Positions 35,186-45,383 of a stretch of DNA of 62,841 bases are shown piece by piece; within the stretch, counting starts at the first letter, position 1; the number at the start of each line of letters is the position of its first letter. The position numbers and the translations under genes are program-made. Origin of the DNA: a virus (lineage: Duplodnaviria > Caudoviricetes); the IMG/VR virus record IMGVR_UViG_3300035181_001319, positions 1 to 62,841 of that record. The stretch is one strand, 5' to 3'. The notes under the pieces were generated by a model, which saw only the letters and a program-made list of their open reading frames with translations, was not told where the DNA came from and did no database searches.

Positions 35186-35572
35186 ATGTCCATCAACAAT
35201 GCACTTGAAATTCACGCTTCCCTTCCCGAGACCGTCACAGGACAGTCGGCGGTAATCACCAACTACAATGCCAGTGGTGCTGTGTTCTTCTTTGACGTGA
35301 CCGCGGTGTCTGGCACCACGCCCTCGCTGACCTTCAAGTTGCAGGCCTTCGACACCACGTCAGGCAAGTACGTCGATGTCGCGGGTGCTGCCACCATGGC
35401 CATCATAGCCACGGGCACCTTTGCCCTGGCAGTGGCTCCGGGCATCACCGTTGTGGCCAACGCGGCCGTTGCAGCTCAACTACCCTTTGCCTGGCGCATT
35501 GTGTGGACCATCACAGGGACTACTCCCAGCTTCACATTCACTGCAAGCACCCACCTCTGTGGAGGCAACTGA
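35186..35572 (+). CDS. putative virion structural protein
   Basis: DVTAVSGTTPSLT...WTITGTTPSFTF. Confidence 0.55.
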   Translation: MSINNALEIHASLPETVTGQSAVITNYNASGAVFFFDVTAVSGTTPSLTFKLQAFDTTSGKYVDVAGAATMAIIATGTFALAVAPGITVVANAAVAAQLPFAWRIVWTITGTTPSFTFTASTHLCGGN

Positions 35573-35575
35573 ACC

Positions 35576-37051
35576 ATGGCCGGATCAATGGAGACCATAT
35601 GGTCTCCACAGCCTGGGTCTCAAGAGTTGTTCCTGTCTTGCCCAATCTACGAAGTGCTCTATGAGGGCACTCGTGGTCCGGGCAAGACAGATGCCTTGCT
35701 TATGGATTTTCTGCAGCATGTTGGAACAGGTCTTGGTCCTGATTGGCGCGGGGTATTGTTCCGGCGTTCTCACCCAGAACTGACTGACGTCATTGCCAAA
35801 AGTCAGAAATGGTTCAAGCGGATTTTCCCTCGTTGTGAATTCAACAAGGTTGAGAAGACCTGGACTTTTCCAGATGGCGAGCAACTACTGCTTCGCCACA
35901 TGCGGGTTGTGGAAGATTACAATGCCTTCCATGGCCATGCCTATCCCTGGATTGCCTGGGAAGAATTGACCAACTGGGCAAGTGACGGCCCATATCGCAA
36001 GATGATGAGCTGCTCGCGTTCCTCGAACCCAGATGTTCCCCGCAAATATCGTGCCACTTGTAACCCCTACGGTGTGGGGCATAACTGGGTAAAGCGGCGG
36101 TTCCGTCTACCCAATGGCAGGGGCATTGTGATCCGTGATGCAACAGACAGTGAAGGGGAGTTGGAACCACCGCGTGTGGCAATCCACGGGAACATCTATG
36201 AAAACCAAATCCTTCTCAAGGCCGACCCACATTACATCTCTCGCCTCCGTGCTGCGGCCCGTAATCCTGCGGAGCTTCGCGCTTGGATACATGGTGACTG
36301 GGACATTGTTGCTGGCGGCATGTTCGATGATGTTTGGGACCCCAAGCGAAACGTCGTGGAGCCCTTTTCTATACCTGTATCATGGCGGGTTGACCGTTCG
36401 TTTGACTGGGGCGCATCCCGACCATTCAGCGTAGGCTGGTGGGCTGAGAGTGATGGAACCACGGTGACTTTGCCGAATGGTCGAGAGCTTCGTACGGTCC
36501 GAGGTGACCTGTTCCGCATCAATGAGTGGTATGGGTGCGATCCAAAAGAAGCAAACACAGGCTTGAAGCTGACGGCTGCTCAGATAGCCAAAGGCATCAA
36601 GGACCGTGAGACTGCAATGATTGCCAATAGGCTGATTGCCCGCCCAGTTTCACCTGGCGCGGCTGATAACAGTATCTGGGTTGCGGAACCTGGGGTCAAG
36701 TCCATTGCAACAGACATGGAAGCTCTTGGCATCGGCTGGGAGAAATCAGACAAGTCTCCTGGCTCGCGTAAGCAGGGCTGGCTTCAGATGCGCACCTATA
36801 TGAAAGATGCACAGGGAGCCTGGACTCAAAACAAGGATGGCATCACCATTATTGATCACAAGACTCCGCGCGAAAAGCCTGGTTTGTTTGTGTTCCGCAC
36901 TTGTCACCATTGGCTTGACCTGGTTCCAGTCCTTCCACGTGATGACAATGACCTGGACGATGTGGACACCGATGCCGAAGACCACATCGGTGACGAGACC
37001 AGGTATCGCGTGACTGCTCCGCGTCGCGGAATGCGCCAAGGCCAATTCTAA
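35576..37051 (+). CDS. terL: terminase large subunit
   Basis: YEGTRGPGKT, WEELT, ATCNP.G.GH.WVK, FDWG, EDHIGDETRY. Confidence 0.95.
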   Translation: MAGSMETIWSPQPGSQELFLSCPIYEVLYEGTRGPGKTDALLMDFLQHVGTGLGPDWRGVLFRRSHPELTDVIAKSQKWFKRIFPRCEFNKVEKTWTFPDGEQLLLRHMRVVEDYNAFHGHAYPWIAWEELTNWASDGPYRKMMSCSRSSNPDVPRKYRATCNPYGVGHNWVKRRFRLPNGRGIVIRDATDSEGELEPPRVAIHGNIYENQILLKADPHYISRLRAAARNPAELRAWIHGDWDIVAGGMFDDVWDPKRNVVEPFSIPVSWRVDRSFDWGASRPFSVGWWAESDGTTVTLPNGRELRTVRGDLFRINEWYGCDPKEANTGLKLTAAQIAKGIKDRETAMIANRLIARPVSPGAADNSIWVAEPGVKSIATDMEALGIGWEKSDKSPGSRKQGWLQMRTYMKDAQGAWTQNKDGITIIDHKTPREKPGLFVFRTCHHWLDLVPVLPRDDNDLDDVDTDAEDHIGDETRYRVTAPRRGMRQGQF

Positions 37052-37116
37052 GCAGCAAGGGCACTCCCGGCGGACTAGGCGTGACAGTCTGACTTCAAAT
37101 AGGCAGAGGGCTTCAG

Positions 37117-38736
37117 ATGGCACAAGGTAATCAGTTTGCGGATGCTGGAATGCCCCAGGGGGTCGATGAGTCCGTGGGCCGCATCCAACCCCGTTGGGGC
37201 GATCGCAATCCGCTTTCTGGTGGAAACGATAAGCCCACGGTTGCAACCCCTTCTGCTGCATGGCAGGTCATGGTCACAAAATGGAACCTGGTCTCCACCG
37301 TGATTGCAGGCACCGAGAGCATGCGGAATGCGGGCAAGACCTATCTGCCTTCGCATCCCTATGAGTCTGAGGAAGCGTACCAGGAACGCCTGACCCGCGC
37401 CACACTGAAGAACTATACCCTGCGCACTCTGGAGAACCTTACCAGCAAGGCATTCCGTGACGAGCCCAAGCTGAATGCCGATGTGCCTGATGCTATTGTT
37501 GCGCTGACCACGGATATTGACACCGAAGGGTCAGGGTTCACCGTTTTCAACCGTGCCTGGTTCCGGCTTGCAGTTGAGAAGTGCTTCTCCTTTGTGCTTG
37601 TAGATCACAGCTCAACTGCACCCACACAGCCTGATGGCACTCGCACTCTTGAAGATGATCGCAAGGAAGGTGTTCGGCCGTTCTGGCGTCTGATCGATCC
37701 CAGTGATGTGATCTACATGCGTGTTGCAAAGTTCAACGGCAAAATCCAGTTCTCCGAGGTTCGCATCCGTGAGTGGGAGATTGTTCAAGATGGCTGGATT
37801 GACGTCAGCATTGAACGCATCCGTGTGTTGAAGCCCGGCAGCTATGCTATCTGGGAAAAGCGCGCAGTCAAGAAGGGCACAAAGCCCCAGTGGGTCACCA
37901 TTGAAAGTGGCACCATGGGGCTGGACTACATTCCACTTGTGGCTTTCTACACGTCAAAAACCGGTCTTGGCGAAGGAAAGCCTCCGCTTGAAGACCTTGC
38001 CTATTTGAATGTCGAGCACTTCCAGTCGTCAGCTGATCAGCGCTCCATTCTTACAGTGGCTCGGTTTCCCATTCTGGCCGTGTCTGGCGTGACCAATACT
38101 GATCCCAACTCCAAGCCCGTGGTCATTGGCCCCAAGCAGTGGTTGAGCGTTGCTGATCCTCAGGGTCGCATCTACTATGTCGAGCACGCCGGAAATGCGA
38201 TTGCAGCCGGCAGGACTGACCTTGAAGACCTCGAAGATCAGATGGCTAGCTACGGCTCTGAGTTTCTTCGAAAGCGCCCGGGTGCGTCTTCCGCAACCGG
38301 TCGGGCCCTTGATAGTGCTGAGGCAATCAGCCCGTTGATGGCCTGGGGCATGGACTTTAAGGACGCAATCGAGATAGCCCTGCAATATACGGCAGATTGG
38401 CTGAAGCTGCCCAAGGGTGGCACGGTTGCCTATGAAGTCAAGCCTGACATCACTGTCGGTGAGAGCAAAGAGCTGGACGTTCTGGACAAAGCCCGCGACC
38501 GTCAAGACATCAGCCGCAAGTCGTTCCTCAAAGAACTCAAGCGCCGGGACATCTTGTCCAATGAGTTTGACGAGGCTGTCGATGCCAAGGAGATTGAGGC
38601 AGAACCCCAGCCGGAGCAACAGGGCCTCAACATGCAGCTCAGCACTGGCCCCAAGAAGGCCGGCCGCAAGACTATGGGCACTGACAAGCGTGGCCCAGCC
38701 CGCACAACTGGGGAACCTCCTGTAACAACGGCTTGA
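37117..38736 (+). CDS. portal protein (DUF4055-like)
   Basis: YLP...E....Y..RL.RA, PPLEDLAYLN..HFQSSAD; position after terL. Confidence 0.85.
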   Translation: MAQGNQFADAGMPQGVDESVGRIQPRWGDRNPLSGGNDKPTVATPSAAWQVMVTKWNLVSTVIAGTESMRNAGKTYLPSHPYESEEAYQERLTRATLKNYTLRTLENLTSKAFRDEPKLNADVPDAIVALTTDIDTEGSGFTVFNRAWFRLAVEKCFSFVLVDHSSTAPTQPDGTRTLEDDRKEGVRPFWRLIDPSDVIYMRVAKFNGKIQFSEVRIREWEIVQDGWIDVSIERIRVLKPGSYAIWEKRAVKKGTKPQWVTIESGTMGLDYIPLVAFYTSKTGLGEGKPPLEDLAYLNVEHFQSSADQRSILTVARFPILAVSGVTNTDPNSKPVVIGPKQWLSVADPQGRIYYVEHAGNAIAAGRTDLEDLEDQMASYGSEFLRKRPGASSATGRALDSAEAISPLMAWGMDFKDAIEIALQYTADWLKLPKGGTVAYEVKPDITVGESKELDVLDKARDRQDISRKSFLKELKRRDILSNEFDEAVDAKEIEAEPQPEQQGLNMQLSTGPKKAGRKTMGTDKRGPARTTGEPPVTTA

Positions 38737-38815
38737 CTGGTCGCTCCCATACGCCATCCTCTGGTAGTCCGCACGTGACGTCGGATGCAACAGGCGTGAT
38801 GCCGAAGGAGCGACT

Positions 38816-39601
38816 ATGGAATTTGAATTTGGTAAAAGCGGGACTGTCGAAACCCTGGATGTTGTGCCTGAGCAGTTCCGTGGGCTCTATACCTCGGGCG
38901 AAGGTGGCAAGTTCACGCTGAACCCTGCAAGCGCCGGAATTGCCACGGCCATCGATGGGCTGAACAGTGCCCTGCGCAATGAACGCAAAACCACTTCGAC
39001 CCTGCGTGGCCAGAAGGACCTTGGCGCGACGCTGAAGGAACATCTGGGCTTTGACTCGATCGATGATGCCAAGGCCAAGCTCGAAGAACTGACTGCGGCC
39101 GTGGCCTCCAAGGCCAACATCGATCCGGCCAAGCTGAAGGCTGACATCGAGAAGGGTTTTGTGGCCAAGGAAGAAGGCTACAAGACCAACCAGGCCAAGA
39201 TGCAGGCAACACTGGACAAGTATCTGGTGGAGAGCGCCGGCCTTTCGGCTCTGGCCGAGTTGAAAGGCAACTCCAAGTTGCTGATGCCGATCATCAAATC
39301 CCAAGCGGTTGTCGTTGCTGACGGTGACGAATATGTGGTGCGGGTGAAGGATGCGGCAGGTGACTACCGGGGCAACACCTCCGGTGGCTTCATGTCTGTG
39401 GCAGACTTGGTCAAGGAACTCAAGGCCAGTGCCGACTATGGGGTGGCTTTTGCGTCGGACGCGCCCAATGGTGGTGGCAAGCCCAATGGCCAACAGTCTC
39501 GCACTGTGGTTCAGCGACAGCAGAACGCTGCTGAGACGGCAGACAAGTCCCCGAACCAACTGATTGCGGAAGGGTTGGCCAAGCGTCGTGCCGGACGCTA
39601 A
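38816..39601 (+). CDS. capsid scaffolding protein
   Basis: LDVVPEQFRGLY..., coiled coil; lies before the MCP gene. Confidence 0.75.
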   Translation: MEFEFGKSGTVETLDVVPEQFRGLYTSGEGGKFTLNPASAGIATAIDGLNSALRNERKTTSTLRGQKDLGATLKEHLGFDSIDDAKAKLEELTAAVASKANIDPAKLKADIEKGFVAKEEGYKTNQAKMQATLDKYLVESAGLSALAELKGNSKLLMPIIKSQAVVVADGDEYVVRVKDAAGDYRGNTSGGFMSVADLVKELKASADYGVAFASDAPNGGGKPNGQQSRTVVQRQQNAAETADKSPNQLIAEGLAKRRAGR

Positions 39602-39796
39602 CCCACTGATTGCTGGCACCTGTACGCAAGCAGTCATGTTAGACATTACGTGTCGGGCAGTAAAGTGCCCGGCACGACTGGCCCTCGGAAAGCGTGATGC
39701 AGACGGGGCCTCGTTGAGCTGGAACAGGCGTGACGCCCTACTAAGCTTGCGAGCTTTGACTGTACTTCTCACAACACGCATCCAAGGAGAACGACG

Positions 39797-40714
39797 ATGA
39801 CTTCGGTTACCCTCACTGAATCTGCGAAACTTGCGAATGACGAGCTTGTTTCTGGCGTGATTGCCAACGTGATCACTGTCAACCAGATGTATGAACTGCT
39901 TCCCTTCGATGACATCGAGGGCAACTCGTTGGCCTACAACCGTGAACTGGTGCTGGGTGACATCCAGGTTGCCACTGTTGGTGATACCATCACGGCCAAG
40001 AACGCGGCCACCTTCACCAAGGTGAACTCGAACCTGACCACGATCCTGGGTGACGCTGAAGTCAACGGTCTTATCCAAGCCACGCGCTCCGGCGATACCG
40101 ACCAGGAAGCTGTGCAGATTGCGTCCAAGGCCAAGTCGGCCGGCCGCTCCTACCAAACCCAGCTGATCAACGGCGACGGCACGTCCAACACCTTCTTTGG
40201 CTTGCTGAACCTGTGTGACTCGACCCAGAAGGTGGGCACTGGCGTCAACGGTGGTGCACTGAGCTTTGCGTTCATGGACGAACTGCTGGACCTGGTGATC
40301 GACAAGGACGGCACCACGGATTACATGATCATGCCCTCGCGGACCATTCGTTCGTACAAGGCTCTGGTGCGTGCACTCGGCGGCATGATGGCGGATGACG
40401 TCTATGAGATGCCCTCGGGCTCTCGTGTTATCGCCTATTCGGGTGTGCCGATCTTCCGCAACGACTATCTGCCGATCAACCAAGTCAAGGGCACCGGCAC
40501 CAACCAGACGACCATTCTGGCAGGCACCCTGGATGACGGATCGCGGACCCACGGTATTGTTGGACTGACTGCGCGCCAGAATGCCGGCCTCGTGATCGAA
40601 GACGTGGGCGTTCACCAGTCCAGGGATGAACGGATCACGCGTGTGAAGTGGTATTGTGGTTTGGCGCTGTTCAGTCTGAAGGGTCTGGCGCTGGCTGACG
40701 GCATCACCAACTGA
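39797..40714 (+). CDS. major capsid protein
   Basis: TLTESAKL...LPF..IEGNSLAYNRE...RVKWYCGLALF; followed by a terminator. Confidence 0.9.
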   Translation: MTSVTLTESAKLANDELVSGVIANVITVNQMYELLPFDDIEGNSLAYNRELVLGDIQVATVGDTITAKNAATFTKVNSNLTTILGDAEVNGLIQATRSGDTDQEAVQIASKAKSAGRSYQTQLINGDGTSNTFFGLLNLCDSTQKVGTGVNGGALSFAFMDELLDLVIDKDGTTDYMIMPSRTIRSYKALVRALGGMMADDVYEMPSGSRVIAYSGVPIFRNDYLPINQVKGTGTNQTTILAGTLDDGSRTHGIVGLTARQNAGLVIEDVGVHQSRDERITRVKWYCGLALFSLKGLALADGITN

Positions 40715-40743
40715 TCGACGCCGCTCCCGTCGATGTCTGAGGG

Positions 40744-40773
40744 AAAGCCCTCCCGTTAATTCGGGGGGGCTTT
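40744..40773 (+). terminator. Rho-independent terminator
   Basis: AAAGCCCTCCCG/CGGGGGGGCTTT hairpin. Confidence 0.75.
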
Positions 40774-40851
40774 CTTCATCCGACGGTGGCCTTAGGACGC
40801 CGGCAGGCGTACCCTACTTCGCATGCACAACCCTGTAGGAGCATTTTGATC

Positions 40852-41502
40852 ATGCCCATCACCAGATTCATTGCCGTAGGGCCTTACGCAGGGAAAACCA
40901 TCCTGCTTGCCCACTTCCAGTTTGTCGATGGTGTTTACACCTTTGAGGGACAGGATGAAGAAGCGGTTCTCATCGGCCGTACCCTGGAGAACCAGTATTC
41001 GGCCTATCGTGAAGATCGGGCTCAGGCTGCTCTCGAGCATTATGACGCCATGATCGCCGAAGAAGCTTTGACCGAAAAGGCTCCGACGCCTTCTATGGTT
41101 GAGGCATCTGTCAAGGAACGCCGTGTGGCAGAGCGCTTCTTGATTGAAAAGCTGTCTCCTGTCCAAGTCTATGGTGAAGGCGAGGCAGCCAATCGCATCC
41201 TGGCGCTGATGCAAGAAATCATGGAGGAGCAAGCTCCTTCCACGGAACCCGTCGTGGAACCCGTCGTGGAACCCGTCGTGGAACCCGTCGTGGAACCCGT
41301 CGTGGAACCCGAAGCCCCTGCAAAACCGGTGACTGTCCTGGACGCCCTGCAGGCTTTGGACCCCAAGAATGATCAGCACTGGACTTCCAGTGGCAGTCCC
41401 TCGGTCGACGCGGTCTCTGGCATGCTGGCACGCTCTGTCAGCCGGTCGGAAATCGAGGGAGCTGCTCCTGATCTGACCCGCTCGACCGCCGCAAACAAGT
41501 AA
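40852..41502 (+). CDS. hypothetical head-region protein with EPVV repeat
   Basis: AGGAG RBS; C-terminal LDPKNDQHWTSSGSP. Confidence 0.65.
   Translation: MPITRFIAVGPYAGKTILLAHFQFVDGVYTFEGQDEEAVLIGRTLENQYSAYREDRAQAALEHYDAMIAEEALTEKAPTPSMVEASVKERRVAERFLIEKLSPVQVYGEGEAANRILALMQEIMEEQAPSTEPVVEPVVEPVVEPVVEPVVEPEAPAKPVTVLDALQALDPKNDQHWTSSGSPSVDAVSGMLARSVSRSEIEGAAPDLTRSTAANK
41245..41310 (+). repeat. tandem repeat (GAACCCGTCGTG) x5.5
   Basis: Perfect 12-bp in-frame repeat. Confidence 0.95.
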
Positions 41503-41515
41503 GGGAGACTAGGCA

Positions 41516-42064
41516 ATGGCTTTTATCGTTCAAGGTGATACCCCGGTGACGTCGGCCAATGCCTATATCGACGCTGCCTACTTTGTGGCCTATCACACGG
41601 ACCGAGGCACTGATGTTTCCACGTATTCAACGGCAGACATCCAGTTTGCCATTGTGCGGGCAACCCAGTACCTCGACGTGAGGTTTGAATACATTGGCCA
41701 ACGAGTGTTGAACACGCAAGAGTTGGAATGGCCTCGCCAGTTTGTATATGACGACAAGGGCTACAGTGTTGCGGGCATGCCTCCTGCAGTCAAGAAAGCC
41801 ACCTGTGAATATGCCCTTCGGGCTTTGACCATTGCCCTGCTTGCTGATCCGACGGGCATTGATCCTTCGGGTCGTTCGCTGAAGTTGAGGGAAGAGTCCG
41901 TTGGCCCGATCATTGAAAAGGTCGAGTATGAACGAGGTGCAACATTTGAAATGCCTAACTACCCTATTGCCGATCGCATGCTTGTCGCCCGGGGGTTTGT
42001 GTCAAGTGGTGCAGTAGGTAGCTCCAAGGCAGGACTTATGGTCGGTGCATTGTCGAGGGGTTAA
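41516..42064 (+). CDS. head-tail adaptor
   Basis: ANAY...AIVRATQYLD...Q.LEWPR...VKKATCEYAL. Confidence 0.75.
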   Translation: MAFIVQGDTPVTSANAYIDAAYFVAYHTDRGTDVSTYSTADIQFAIVRATQYLDVRFEYIGQRVLNTQELEWPRQFVYDDKGYSVAGMPPAVKKATCEYALRALTIALLADPTGIDPSGRSLKLREESVGPIIEKVEYERGATFEMPNYPIADRMLVARGFVSSGAVGSSKAGLMVGALSRG

Positions 42065-42067
42065 ACC

Positions 42068-42502
42068 ATGACCGAGTATTCGTCTGTTGTGGCCTTGGCC
42101 AAGAAACTGATCACAAAGAAAGGACGTAGCGGGGTATCACTATATCGTGGCACTCCCAATACCCCAGCAAATCCAGCACGTCCTTGGAAACTTGATGTTA
42201 CTGTGGCAGATCAATTGATTGCCTCGGGCTTGCATGCCTTGTTCCTAGACCAACGAGAGGTCCGGGGTGATCGAGGAGACGCAGGTCTAGAAATTGCCCT
42301 ACGGTCCGTTGTCTACATGCCTGACTCTCTGTTACCCGGGGCCACGACCATTGGCTACTTTATACCGAGTGAGTTGTCTGGTCAGGCACTGAAGACTGGC
42401 GACTTAGTCGTCACCGGGACCAACCGCTACTCCGTGATCGAGTGCAAGCCGCTGAAGCCTGGTGATGAACTGGTCTTGTATGTGGTTCAGTTGAAGGAGT
42501 AA
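42068..42502 (+). CDS. head closure/stopper protein
   Basis: Position; ...PLKPGDELVLYVVQL. Confidence 0.6.
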   Translation: MTEYSSVVALAKKLITKKGRSGVSLYRGTPNTPANPARPWKLDVTVADQLIASGLHALFLDQREVRGDRGDAGLEIALRSVVYMPDSLLPGATTIGYFIPSELSGQALKTGDLVVTGTNRYSVIECKPLKPGDELVLYVVQLKE

Positions 42503-42506
42503 GATC

Positions 42507-42956
42507 GTGACCCCTGAAGAAGCTCGTGACTACATACTGGACAAGTTCAAGGCTACTTGGGATGCTGAGTGTCCAGCAGTAAACTCAGGAGTTGTACCTG
42601 AGATTGAGTATCAGAACGTCGACCCCGTAAACTCCCATCTGGCTAATGGCAATGTGGCCTGGGCCCGAATTCGTGTTATGCATGCAAAAGGTGACCAGCG
42701 CAGCATGGGTGGGATCGGTGGTAGGGTATTTACACGCTTAGGCATTGTGACCGTGCAAGTATTTGCCCCGGCTGGCAAGCAAGGGCTTGTCCTGGCCGAT
42801 CAGCTCGGCAATGTGGCACTGAGTGCGTTTGAGGGCGAAGAGACTTCTGCTGGTAACGTTTGGTTCCGCAATACAGCATACCATGAAGTGGGTGTTGACG
42901 GGGCTTTCTTCCAGGTGAATGTCAATGCTGAGTTTGAATACGACACCGTGAAATAA
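42507..42956 (+). CDS. tail terminator protein
   Basis: WARIRV...GIVTVQVFAP.G...FQVNVNAEFEYD. Confidence 0.7.
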   Translation: MTPEEARDYILDKFKATWDAECPAVNSGVVPEIEYQNVDPVNSHLANGNVAWARIRVMHAKGDQRSMGGIGGRVFTRLGIVTVQVFAPAGKQGLVLADQLGNVALSAFEGEETSAGNVWFRNTAYHEVGVDGAFFQVNVNAEFEYDTVK

Positions 42957-42979
42957 AACCCTTCGGAGGTGAATAAGCA

Positions 42980-44461
42980 ATGTCGCTCATTGTTCCCAGC
43001 AACGGCACCGGGCTGTCGATCGCGGAGGAGCTGGCCGGCACCCCCGGCACTCTTCCTGGCTCCCCGGTTTGGATCCCCCTTGAACCCAACTCCTATCCCG
43101 AGTTTGGTGGTCAAGTCACGTTGACCCCACGTCGGCCGATCACCAACACCCGCCAGATCAAGAAGGGTGTTGTCACCGACCTTGATGCAACTGGCGGTTT
43201 TTCGACAGACTGGGTCACCGAGACGCTGTCGCGCCTGTGGCAGGGCTTCCTGTTTGCAGACTGGCGCTACAAGACCAACCTGGTTGACACCGCTGTGTCA
43301 TCGACCCAATACACGGTGGCCTCGGGTGGCACGGGCTTCCTGGTGAACTCGCTGCTGTTCGCGGACGGCCATGCAATCCCAGGCAACAACGGTCTGAAGC
43401 TGGTAACCGCGTCCACTGCCACCAGTGTGTCCGCCGCTGGCCTGGCAGTCGAGACTCCTCCGGCAAACGTCATGCTGACGCGCGTTGGACACCAGGCTGC
43501 CTCGGCTGACCTGACCCTTACCGTCGTGTCACTGGTTCCGCAGTTGAACTCCACAACCCTGAACTTCACGACCCTCGGCCTGATCCCCGGCGAATGGATC
43601 TATGTGGGTGGTGACACGGCGATCATGCAGTTTGCCACGGTGGCCAACAACGGTCTGTACCGCATCAAGACCATCGCTGCCAACGTGATTGTGTTTGATC
43701 GCTGGCCGTCGACCACTGTGGCAGACACCGGCACTGGCAAAACCATCCAACTGTTCTTCGGCCATGTGATCAAGAACGAGGCCTCAGCGGCCCTGCAGAA
43801 GCTGCGCACCTACCATTTGGAACGCCAGTTGACCACTGCCCAGTGGGAATATGTGAAAGGCGCTGCCCCCAACACCGTGGCCTTCAACATCAAGAAGGCC
43901 GACAAGATCACCCTGGACTTCTCCTTTGTCGGTCTGACGACGGAACGGACTGCAGCGGCAAAGACGGGCACGCGTGAAACCTTGCCAATCCAGTCGGCCT
44001 TCAACTCCTCGACAAACTTCAAGCGCCTGCGGTTCAATGACGACACGACCGCGGCTTCCGTGGCCACCTATGTCGATGAACTGAAGATCACTGTGGACAA
44101 CGGGATCGACCCGGTCAAGGCCGTGTCTGCGCTCGGTGGGATTGACATCAACTACAGCGACTTCATGGTGACCGGAAGCATGCAAGTGCTCTTCACCACA
44201 ACTGCCTCTGTGGATGCCATCTATAACAACGACTCCTGCTCGATCGACTTTGGGCTGATCATGCGCGCCGGCTCACAGAACTTCCCCGTCGGCTGGATGG
44301 TGGACATTCCGACCATGGCTCTGAGCGATGGTCGTCTGAAGGTGGAAAAGAACAAGCCGATCGTCCTGCCACTCAGTTTCGACGCGGCGGCCAACGACAC
44401 CTACAACCACACCATGCTGATGATGGACTTCACCTACCTGCCGGTCCTGGCCCTGACCTGA
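42980..44461 (+). CDS. major tail tube protein
   Basis: EELAGTPG.LP...LEPNSY..FGG...RQIKKGVVTDLDA.GGF; followed by a hairpin at 44491-44526. Confidence 0.8.
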   Translation: MSLIVPSNGTGLSIAEELAGTPGTLPGSPVWIPLEPNSYPEFGGQVTLTPRRPITNTRQIKKGVVTDLDATGGFSTDWVTETLSRLWQGFLFADWRYKTNLVDTAVSSTQYTVASGGTGFLVNSLLFADGHAIPGNNGLKLVTASTATSVSAAGLAVETPPANVMLTRVGHQAASADLTLTVVSLVPQLNSTTLNFTTLGLIPGEWIYVGGDTAIMQFATVANNGLYRIKTIAANVIVFDRWPSTTVADTGTGKTIQLFFGHVIKNEASAALQKLRTYHLERQLTTAQWEYVKGAAPNTVAFNIKKADKITLDFSFVGLTTERTAAAKTGTRETLPIQSAFNSSTNFKRLRFNDDTTAASVATYVDELKITVDNGIDPVKAVSALGGIDINYSDFMVTGSMQVLFTTTASVDAIYNNDSCSIDFGLIMRAGSQNFPVGWMVDIPTMALSDGRLKVEKNKPIVLPLSFDAAANDTYNHTMLMMDFTYLPVLALT

Positions 44462-44553
44462 GGGTCTGTCTGAGTGAGGGTGACATCTTTGAAGGCCCCA
44501 TGACAAAGTCTTGTCATGGGGCCTTCCCTATTTTGCATAACCAGGAGCAAACA

Positions 44554-45024
44554 ATGTCCAAAACCACCGAAAAGCGGTTTACCAACCCCTACGAAATGTT
44601 CGAGACCGACAAGTCCCGTGAGGCCGATGGCATTGTGTTGAACTACAGTGATGTGTTCTGGCTCAAGGTGGCCCGCGCCGGCGGTTCGAACGACCATTAC
44701 AAGCGGGTCTTGACCGAGAAGCTGAAACCCTTCCGTCGTGCAATCCAGACTGACACGATTGATGAGGCTGCGTCTTCGCGGATCATGCGGGAAGCGGCAG
44801 CAGAGGGTCTTGTGTTGAACTGGGGCACGGGCATCTACCCCAATGGTGCCGGTACAATTCCTGGCCGTGATGGAAAGCCGATGGCCTTCAACATTCCCAA
44901 TGTGGTCCAGCTCTTCATCGATCTGCCCGATTTGTTCAGCGATGTCTATGAGCAGGCCAACAAGGCTTCCCTGTTCCGGGCCGCTGAGATGGAAGCTGAC
45001 GCGGGAAACTCCAAGAAGTCCTAG
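44554..45024 (+). CDS. tail assembly chaperone
   Basis: FETD...G...KVARAGGSN; ends at a slippery site. Confidence 0.8.
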   Translation: MSKTTEKRFTNPYEMFETDKSREADGIVLNYSDVFWLKVARAGGSNDHYKRVLTEKLKPFRRAIQTDTIDEAASSRIMREAAAEGLVLNWGTGIYPNGAGTIPGRDGKPMAFNIPNVVQLFIDLPDLFSDVYEQANKASLFRAAEMEADAGNSKKS

Positions 45025-45383
45025 AGTATTCGCTGACTCTAGGACCCCTGGAGCAGGGACTGATTGAAGCCGCAGTCAGGCGTCGCCAGCCCTTGCCAGA
45101 TGCTGTTGCCGGGGCCCCTCAACTACTGTGGGGCCTCGAGGCTTACTATGATGCATTTGTGGAGCTGAGCACTGACCGGCAGTCCAGCATGGCAGTTGCT
45201 CCGATCCCCTGGTCGTCCATCGATCGATACGCCCTTCGGTATGGGATACGTGGTGATGCCTTCACGTATTTGGTTCGAATGGTGAGGGCACTCGACGACA
45301 CGTTCCTTGCACATTGTAATAAGCAAGCACCTGAAGGGAATAATAACAATGGGCGATCTTCCAGCGTTTATCCGGAGGATTAG
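45003..45383 (+). CDS. tail assembly chaperone -1 frameshift extension (gpGT-like)
   Basis: G GGA AAC at 45003-45009; the -1 frame is open to 45383; hairpin at 45018-45045. Confidence 0.75.
   Translation, partial: GKLQEVLEYSLTLGPLEQGLIEAAVRRRQPLPDAVAGAPQLLWGLEAYYDAFVELSTDRQSSMAVAPIPWSSIDRYALRYGIRGDAFTYLVRMVRALDDTFLAHCNKQAPEGNNNNGRSSSVYPED

Noticed and set aside
38672-40615. 647-aa minus-strand ORF (and similar ones, e.g. 31379-32701)
   Set aside because: These are antisense shadows of the scaffold/MCP and terS genes caused by codon bias.
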